Below are positions 38,056 through 44,369 of a stretch of 44,369 nucleotides of DNA, in pieces. Positions within the stretch are counted from its first letter, which is position 1, and each line of letters starts with the position of its first letter. The notes under the pieces are model-generated. The model was not told where the DNA came from, searched no databases, and worked only from the letters and a program-made list of their open reading frames with translations. The position numbers were made by a program, and so were the translations under genes. The DNA lies in the sequence record SRR2962707_4930. One strand, given 5' to 3'.

Positions 38056-39318
38056 TCAAAGCGCCCGCCAGCCAATATCGCGCCGACAGAACCCACCTGG
38101 CCAGTCCAGGAGATCCACCATGGCATAGGCCCGGTCTCGCGCTTCCTGAAGCGTGGTCCCCCGTGCCGTGGCATTCAGAACCCGGCCGCCAGCTGCTGTG
38201 ATCTTGCCATCAATGGTTTTTGTGCCGGCATGAAACATGACGTGCGAACTGTCTTCTGGCATCTTGTCGAGCCCGCCAATGATATCACCCTTTACATAGT
38301 CCCCGGGGTAGCCTTCTGCCGCGACAACGACTGTGATCGCGTGATCGTCTGCCCAGTTGACTTGAGCCTCGGCCAACCGGCCTTCGGCACAGGCATGAAT
38401 GAGGTCCAAAGCCTGAGCGCCAAGACGCAGCATCAACACCTGGCATTCCGGGTCGCCAAAACGGACGTTGTATTCTACGAGCCGCGGCTGGCCGTCTTTG
38501 ATCATCAGGCCGACATACAACACACCTTGATAGGGCATCCCACGTTTGGCCATTTCGGCCATCGTGGGAGTGACGATCTCATCCATGGCCTTTTGTGCAA
38601 TTTCATCTGTCAGCACAGGCGCTGGGGAATAGGCGCCCATACCGCCGGTATTCGGCCCAGTGTCGCCTTCGCCAACCCTTTTATGATCCTGTGCTGTCCC
38701 GATCGGAAGCGCATTTTCACCGTCACACAAGACAAAAAAGCTGGCCTCTTCGCCGGTCATAAACTCTTCGATCACGACTTCGGCCCCTGCGCCACCGAAG
38801 GCCCCGCCAAACATATCGTCAATCGCAGCTTCGGCTTCAGCTACGGTCTCAGCGATGATGACACCTTTGCCTGCCGCCAATCCATCTGCCTTGATGACAA
38901 TGGGTGCGCCTTGGGCGCGGACATAGTCTTTGGCCGGCTCGGCTGCGAGAAAATGTGCGTAAGCTGCGGTTGGTGCATTGGCTGCATCGCAAATCTCTTT
39001 GGTAAAGCTTTTCGAGGCTTCAAGCCGCGCAGCAGCTTTGGAGGGACCAAAGACAAGTAGGCCTGCGTCACGAAGGCGATCTCCTACGCCCGCTGCAAGA
39101 GGGACTTCGGGGCCGATGATGACCATCTCAATGGATTCACCTTCGGCAAAAGCGGCAACGGCCCCGCCGTCTGTGATATCAATGTCGGCGCATTCCGCAA
39201 TTTGCGCAATGCCTGCATTTCCGGGGGCGACGATCAATTTATCGCATTTAGGGTTCTGTAGAGCTGCCCATGCCAATGCATGTTCGCGTCCGCCACTTCC
39301 GAGGATAAGGATATTCAC
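38056..39318 (-). CDS. purD: Phosphoribosylamine--glycine ligase
   Basis: GSGGREHAL, KADGLAAGKGV, QDHKR, NTGGMG and EYNVRFGDPE motifs; GTG start at 39318. Confidence 0.97.
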   Translation of the reverse strand: MNILILGSGGREHALAWAALQNPKCDKLIVAPGNAGIAQIAECADIDITDGGAVAAFAEGESIEMVIIGPEVPLAAGVGDRLRDAGLLVFGPSKAAARLEASKSFTKEICDAANAPTAAYAHFLAAEPAKDYVRAQGAPIVIKADGLAAGKGVIIAETVAEAEAAIDDMFGGAFGGAGAEVVIEEFMTGEEASFFVLCDGENALPIGTAQDHKRVGEGDTGPNTGGMGAYSPAPVLTDEIAQKAMDEIVTPTMAEMAKRGMPYQGVLYVGLMIKDGQPRLVEYNVRFGDPECQVLMLRLGAQALDLIHACAEGRLAEAQVNWADDHAITVVVAAEGYPGDYVKGDIIGGLDKMPEDSSHVMFHAGTKTIDGKITAAGGRVLNATARGTTLQEARDRAYAMVDLLDWPGGFCRRDIGWRAL

Positions 39319-39472
39319 GCCACCAGTTCCTTTTGCTATCACGGGCGAAATAGACAACCCTTGCGGCAGGGGCAAGCATTCAGGCAAAAACACGGTCGAA
39401 AGCGTCGGAATTGGGTGGGCCAGTTTAGAGGTTTCCAACCACGCAGGCGCCGTTGGGCAGAGGAGAGCGATA

Positions 39473-41014
39473 ATGGACTTACTGGACGATCCTCAACCGG
39501 GGCAGAACCTGCCTGAATTTTCGGTGTCCGAAATATCGGGCGCCATCAAGCGGACACTTGAAGATGAATTCAGTCGTGTCCGGGTGCGCGGCGAAGTGGG
39601 GCGGGTGTTCACGGCCCGATCTGGACATCTTTATTACGACATTAAAGACGACAAGAATGTTCTGGCCTGCACCACCTGGAAAGGGCAGGTCGCCCGGTTA
39701 AGCGTTGTGCCGGAAGAAGGGTTAGAAGTTGTTGTCACCGGACGGCTGACAGCATTTGGCGGCCAGTCCAAATATAATATGAATGTCGAAGAGGTGGCTG
39801 TCGCGGGGAAAGGGGCGCTGATGGCGCTGCTCGAAAAACGCAAGGCGGCCTTGGCAGCGGAAGGTTTGTTTGACGCGGAACGCAAACAAAGGCTCCCGTT
39901 TTTGCCGGAAATCATTGGTGTTGTCACCTCACCGTCCGGGGCGGTAATCCGGGATATCCTGCACCGGTTAAAGGACCGGTTTCCGCGAAAGGTGCTTGTC
40001 TGGCCTGTCGCTGTGCAAGGCGCAAATTGCGCGCCCGAGGTCAGCCGGGCCATAAGAGGGTTCAATGCGATGACGCCGGGCGGCGCGCTGCCGCGTCCTG
40101 ATTTGATTATAGTGGCGCGCGGCGGCGGCAGCATGGAAGATCTTTGGGGCTTTAACGAAGAAGTCGTCGCCCGCGCGGCGGCCGAGTCTGACATTCCACT
40201 GATATCTGCAGTTGGGCATGAAACCGATACGACCTTGATTGACTTTGTTTCGGACCAGCGCGCGCCGACGCCGACAGCGGCGGCCGAAATGGCGGTTCCG
40301 GTGCGGCTGGAGCTTTTGAGTTGGGTCGAAGAACAACAATCTCGCTTGGTCCGGGCCTTAACGATTCGGGTGGATCAACGGGGGCAGCGCCTGCGAGACA
40401 TGTCGCGGGCCTTGCGCCGACCAGAAACGATTCTCGATGGGCCCCGTCAGCGGCTGGATACGATGGTGGATCGGTTGCCAAACGCCTTGATTCGGGGGGT
40501 GCAGCTTCGACGAGTGGCTTTGTCTGAGGTCTCGGGCAGTTTGCGCCCATCGATTCTGAACCGGGCTTTGACCCAGGAAGACCGTCGGTTGAGCGTCGTT
40601 TCTGCACGGCTTGAAGCGACCCTGCAACGCTCTGTGGAAACCAAGCGGGAAGCCCTGGGGCGCCGAACGGATCGGTTGAACCTGCGGCCTATCCAGCGCG
40701 ACCTCGTGGCCAAATCCGAACAATTGCAAGGATTGTCCCGGCGGTTGTCCGAGGTCGGGCGTCTTCAGACCAATGGGTTGCGCGACAGGCTGGTTGCGCT
40801 GGATCGTCTGAGAGAGACTTTGGGGTATAAAGCGACTTTGGCGCGCGGATATGCGGTTGTGCATGGTGACGGGCAGGTCGTGACGTCGAAAGAAGCGGCA
40901 GAAGCCGCGACGGGTCTTGAAATCGAGTTTTCAGACGGACGGTTTAAACTGGGGGGCGGTCGCAAGCTGAAATCGCAAAAACCGAAACCGCCGGAACAGG
41001 GATCCTTATTTTGA
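39473..41014 (+). CDS. xseA: Exodeoxyribonuclease VII large subunit
   Basis: SVSEI, SGHLYY, VVTSPSGAVIRDI, RGGGSMEDLW, SAVGHETD, APTPTAAAE and LARGYA motifs; AGGAG RBS before ATG 39473. Confidence 0.96.
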   Translation: MDLLDDPQPGQNLPEFSVSEISGAIKRTLEDEFSRVRVRGEVGRVFTARSGHLYYDIKDDKNVLACTTWKGQVARLSVVPEEGLEVVVTGRLTAFGGQSKYNMNVEEVAVAGKGALMALLEKRKAALAAEGLFDAERKQRLPFLPEIIGVVTSPSGAVIRDILHRLKDRFPRKVLVWPVAVQGANCAPEVSRAIRGFNAMTPGGALPRPDLIIVARGGGSMEDLWGFNEEVVARAAAESDIPLISAVGHETDTTLIDFVSDQRAPTPTAAAEMAVPVRLELLSWVEEQQSRLVRALTIRVDQRGQRLRDMSRALRRPETILDGPRQRLDTMVDRLPNALIRGVQLRRVALSEVSGSLRPSILNRALTQEDRRLSVVSARLEATLQRSVETKREALGRRTDRLNLRPIQRDLVAKSEQLQGLSRRLSEVGRLQTNGLRDRLVALDRLRETLGYKATLARGYAVVHGDGQVVTSKEAAEAATGLEIEFSDGRFKLGGGRKLKSQKPKPPEQGSLF

Positions 41015-41023
41015 TCTAAAGGT

Positions 41024-41102
41024 GCGCGCCTTGCGGCGCGCGCTGGATATCTCGGTGCCCGCGACCAAGTCGCCGGCACCTCGGACGCCGTGGAGAGGCG
41101 TC
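41024..41102. repeat. Three tandem GC-rich hairpins (REP-like element or structured RNA)
   Basis: GCGCGCC/GGCGCGC; GGTGCC-C-GCGAC/GTCGC-C-GGCACC; GACGCC/GGCGTC. Confidence 0.4.
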
Positions 41103-41156
41103 GCAATGTGTCACTGTCGGATTGCGTCAAGCGGCGCGCCCGGATAAACCCGCGCC

Positions 41157-41870
41157 ATGACACAGGATAAACACCCTTCTGGCGCCCCTTGGCGCAATTT
41201 TTATGGCCGTTTCAAAGGTAAAACCCTGCGCCCGTCGCAGGAAATTTATCTTGAGGAAGATTTGGCGCGGCTGTCGCCGGGCGCGGTGGGATGGGAAGAA
41301 AACCCTGATCGCACAGCCTTGGATCTGGACACCATCTTTGGCGATCGGCCACTGTGGCTTGAAATCGGGTTTGGCGGTGGGGAACATATGGTGCATCAGG
41401 CCGAGACCCATCGTGATGTTGGCATCATCGGATGCGAGCCCTTTATCAACGGAGTGGCCATGTTGCTGGGCAAGATCCGTCAGGCTAAGATCGACAATGT
41501 CAAAGTTCATCCCGGCGATGCGCGTGACATGTTTGATGTCCTGTCTGAAGGCTCTGTCGACAAGGCGTTTTTGCTTTACCCAGACCCTTGGCCGAAAAAG
41601 CGTCATCATCGTCGCCGTTTTGTGACGTCAGAGCATCTGGAACCTTTGTCACGTGTTTTGAAACCGGGGGCAGAGTTTCGCGTCGCGACGGATATTCCGG
41701 ATTATGTGCGTCAGACTTTGGAACAGGTGCCACGGCATGGGTTCGAGTGGACGGCCGAGGGCCCTCAGGATTGGCGGGTGCCCTGGGACGACTGGATCAG
41801 TACACGCTATGAGCAAAAAGCGCTGCGTGAGGGCCGTGTCCCGCATTATTTGACGTTCCGAAAGACCTAA
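41157..41870 (+). CDS. trmB: tRNA (guanine-N7)-methyltransferase
   Basis: LEIGFGGGE, YPDPWPKKRHHRRR, ATD and TRYEQK motifs. Confidence 0.95.
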   Translation: MTQDKHPSGAPWRNFYGRFKGKTLRPSQEIYLEEDLARLSPGAVGWEENPDRTALDLDTIFGDRPLWLEIGFGGGEHMVHQAETHRDVGIIGCEPFINGVAMLLGKIRQAKIDNVKVHPGDARDMFDVLSEGSVDKAFLLYPDPWPKKRHHRRRFVTSEHLEPLSRVLKPGAEFRVATDIPDYVRQTLEQVPRHGFEWTAEGPQDWRVPWDDWISTRYEQKALREGRVPHYLTFRKT

Positions 41871-41975
41871 TCGCGATTTTTGCGTATTTGAAAAGAGAAG
41901 ATGAGGTCAGAAGTGATTTACCCATGCCGGGGGGCTTGGTAAGGAGCTTTTGACGATATTCAGGGAGGGCAGAAC

Positions 41976-43325
41976 TTGTCCGCACATGGTACAGCTATTC
42001 CAATGACTTCACATAAGGTCGGCCCGTTGAGGGGCGAAGCCCATGTGCCGGGGGACAAGTCGATCTCGCACCGGTCGTTGATCCTCGGGGCCTTGGCCGT
42101 GGGGCAGACGTCGATTACGGGGTTGCTGGAAGGCGAAGACGTTTTGGACACCGCGAAGGCAATGCGCGCTTTTGGCGCTGAGGTCACCGATCACGGTGGC
42201 GGGCATTGGACGGTTCATGGGGTCGGGGTCGGCGGGTTTGCCGAGCCGGGCAATGTGATTGACTGTGGCAACTCCGGGACGGGCGTCCGGTTGATCATGG
42301 GGGCCATGGCGACCTCTGCGATTACGGCCACTTTTACCGGGGATGCGTCGTTGAACAAGCGGCCGATGGCGCGGGTCACCGATCCTCTGGCCTTGTTTGG
42401 CGCGCAGGCGGTTGGACGGTCAGGGGGGCGTTTGCCCATGACAATTGTGGGCGCGGCTGAGGCTGTTCCTGTGCGATATGTCGTGCCGGTTCCGTCGGCT
42501 CAGGTCAAGTCAGCTGTGTTGTTGGCCGGGTTGAACGCACCGGGAGAAACCGTGGTCATCGAGAAAGAGGCGACTCGCGATCATACCGAACGGATGCTGG
42601 CCGGGTTTGGCGCAACGATCTCGACAGAGGTCACTGACGAAGGACGCGTGATCACTTTGGTGGGACAACCTGAGTTGCGGGCGCAGACAATTGTTGTTCC
42701 ACGCGACCCGTCTTCGGCGGCTTTTCCGGTTTGTGCGGCACTGATTACAGAAGGGTCTGACGTTCTGGTGCCCAATATCGGGCTGAATGACACAAGGGCA
42801 GGCTTGTTCACCACATTGCGCGAGATGGGGGCGGATCTGTCTTATGAAAACCCCCGGGAAGAGGGCGGCGAAGCGGTGGCGGATCTGCGGGCGCGGTATT
42901 CCCCCAATATGGTGGGAATCACGGTGCCTCCAGAACGTGCGGCCAGCATGATAGATGAATACCCTGTCTTGTCCGTGGTCGCGGCCTTTGCGTCCGGTGA
43001 AACCCATATGCCGGGGGTCAAAGAGCTTCGGGTGAAAGAATCAGACCGCATTGATGCAATGGCCGTTGGTTTGCGAGCCAATGGTATCACTGTGGACGAA
43101 GGCGACGATTGGTGGACTGTCCACGGCTTGGGACAAGGTAATGTGCCGGGCGGAGCGACCTGCCAAAGCCATCTCGATCACCGGATTGCAATGGCGTTTA
43201 TGGTGCTGGGCATGGGGGCAAATGCCTCTGTCAGTGTTGATGACGGCGCGCCGATTGCGACGTCCTTTCCAATCTTCGAAAAATTGATGGGAGATCTAGG
43301 TGCCCGGGTCGAACGGACCGCCTGA
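41976..43325 (+). CDS. aroA: 3-phosphoshikimate 1-carboxyvinyltransferase (class II EPSPS)
   Basis: [35 protein letters not shown] and DHRIAM motifs; TTG start after GGGAGGG. Confidence 0.97.
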   Translation: MSAHGTAIPMTSHKVGPLRGEAHVPGDKSISHRSLILGALAVGQTSITGLLEGEDVLDTAKAMRAFGAEVTDHGGGHWTVHGVGVGGFAEPGNVIDCGNSGTGVRLIMGAMATSAITATFTGDASLNKRPMARVTDPLALFGAQAVGRSGGRLPMTIVGAAEAVPVRYVVPVPSAQVKSAVLLAGLNAPGETVVIEKEATRDHTERMLAGFGATISTEVTDEGRVITLVGQPELRAQTIVVPRDPSSAAFPVCAALITEGSDVLVPNIGLNDTRAGLFTTLREMGADLSYENPREEGGEAVADLRARYSPNMVGITVPPERAASMIDEYPVLSVVAAFASGETHMPGVKELRVKESDRIDAMAVGLRANGITVDEGDDWWTVHGLGQGNVPGGATCQSHLDHRIAMAFMVLGMGANASVSVDDGAPIATSFPIFEKLMGDLGARVERTA

Positions 43326-43366
43326 TCAAGTCTGACTGGACTGGCGCTGTGAATGGGAGGTCAAGA

Positions 43367-43984
43367 ATGACGTTTACGATTGCAATTGATGGACCGGCCG
43401 CGGCGGGAAAAGGGACAATCTCCAAAGCCGTGGCGGCGCATTTTGGATTTGCGCATCTCGACACTGGATTGCTGTATCGTGCTGTTGGGCGACGGACATT
43501 GGACGGAGTCGATCCCATCGAGGCAGCGAGAACCCTGACGGCCGAAGATTTGACTGCAAGTGATCTTCGCACGCCGGAAGTGGCCCAAGCCGCGTCAAAA
43601 GTGGCCGTTATTGGCGAGGTTCGTGCCGCATTGGTGGATTTTCAGCGGGCTTTTGCCCGTCGTGCAGGGGGGGCGGTTCTGGACGGGCGTGACATTGGTA
43701 CAGTGATTTGCCCCGAAGCCGAGGCCAAGCTCTTCGTCACAGCCAGTGCGGAAATCCGGGCGCAACGGCGCTTTAAAGAGCTGACTGCTAACGGAACAGA
43801 GACTAGTTTTGACGTGGTTTTGGCTGATGTGATTGAACGCGACGCGCGGGATATGAATCGGTCGGATGCCCCGTTGAAACCTGCAGAAGATTCCACGACG
43901 ATCGACACGTCATCGCTGAGTATTTCAGACGCTATTGCCGCCGCAATCGAGGCGATCAATCTGGCGCGGGCGTATCTGGACTAG
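43367..43984 (+). CDS. cmk: Cytidylate kinase
   Basis: [27 protein letters not shown] and RDARD motifs. Confidence 0.96.
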   Translation: MTFTIAIDGPAAAGKGTISKAVAAHFGFAHLDTGLLYRAVGRRTLDGVDPIEAARTLTAEDLTASDLRTPEVAQAASKVAVIGEVRAALVDFQRAFARRAGGAVLDGRDIGTVICPEAEAKLFVTASAEIRAQRRFKELTANGTETSFDVVLADVIERDARDMNRSDAPLKPAEDSTTIDTSSLSISDAIAAAIEAINLARAYLD

Positions 43985-44313
43985 TTTGAGTTTGTCGGCT
44001 GCCCTTTGCTGACACTGACCCCGACTTTGGTGCGGTGCTATCCTTGGGGGGCGCTGAAACGGATGCCCCATTCGACATCCTGTCCAGACTTCTATGGAGG
44101 TCAGACCCCGGAAAGTCTGGGTTTGACCTTGCAAAAAGACCGGGAAAAGGATATTGGGCGCTCGTCAAGACGGCGAACAACGCTGCAAAACCAAGTGATC
44201 AGGCAGGGTCGGCTCAACCGGCCCTATTTGTTTTGGAGATCGTCAGACCAACCCTAAGACCGGCGGAGACAACCGCTCGGCCAGAAAACAATCGTATAGG
44301 AAACAGACGCCAC

Positions 44314-44369
44314 ATGGCTATGAACACAACGATGGAGGAATTCGAAGCCCTCCTGCAAGAAAGCTTCGA
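44314..44369 (+). CDS. rpsA: 30S ribosomal protein S1, N-terminus (truncated by window)
   Basis: MAMNTTMEEFEALLQESF after an AGGA RBS; aroA-cmk-rpsA synteny. Confidence 0.85.
   Translation, partial: MAMNTTMEEFEALLQESF

Noticed and set aside
38978-39472. 165-aa N-terminal extension of the xseA ORF
   Set aside because: Mostly antisense to purD; XseA similarity and an AGGAG RBS begin at ATG 39473

Overview
A core-chromosome segment from an alphaproteobacterium, most likely the Roseobacter group of the Rhodobacteraceae (inferred from gene content and order). It runs from the 3' end of an RluA/RluD gene through rpoH, a Gfo/Idh/MocA oxidoreductase, the PHA cluster (phaZ-phaC-phaP-phaR), a DegT-family aminotransferase and a small variable patch (flavin reductase, membrane protein, VOC protein). 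Next come a GS-like/GATase/GS-like operon, two TerB-family genes, rlmJ, pyrG, secG, purA, a very large acidic protein, thiN, an EamA transporter, an EEP lipoprotein, sdaA, a GST, rpiA, gor, hflKC and degP. The last part holds a reduced SAF-domain protein, a peptidoglycan-binding lipoprotein, a stand-alone DnaE2-like OB-fold gene, fdx, a VCBS protein, purD, xseA, trmB, aroA, cmk and the start of rpsA. I saw no tRNA, rRNA, CRISPR array, transposase or prophage. The most interesting signals are these. (1) The 3' UTRs of rpoH and phaP each carry an anti-Shine-Dalgarno (CCUCCC) loop hairpin just before the terminator, and each loop is complementary to the ribosome-binding site of the next gene. (2) A small, probably leaderless gene under an alphaproteobacterial LexA box encodes only a DnaE2-type OB fold. 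(3) A ~795-aa acidic, probably disordered, scaffold-like protein lies near an 11-bp-period direct repeat. (4) Several promoters look leaderless, and there are candidate PhaR, CtrA, NrdR and RpoH sites and short dispersed repeats. All annotations come from motif recognition by eye; no searches were run.
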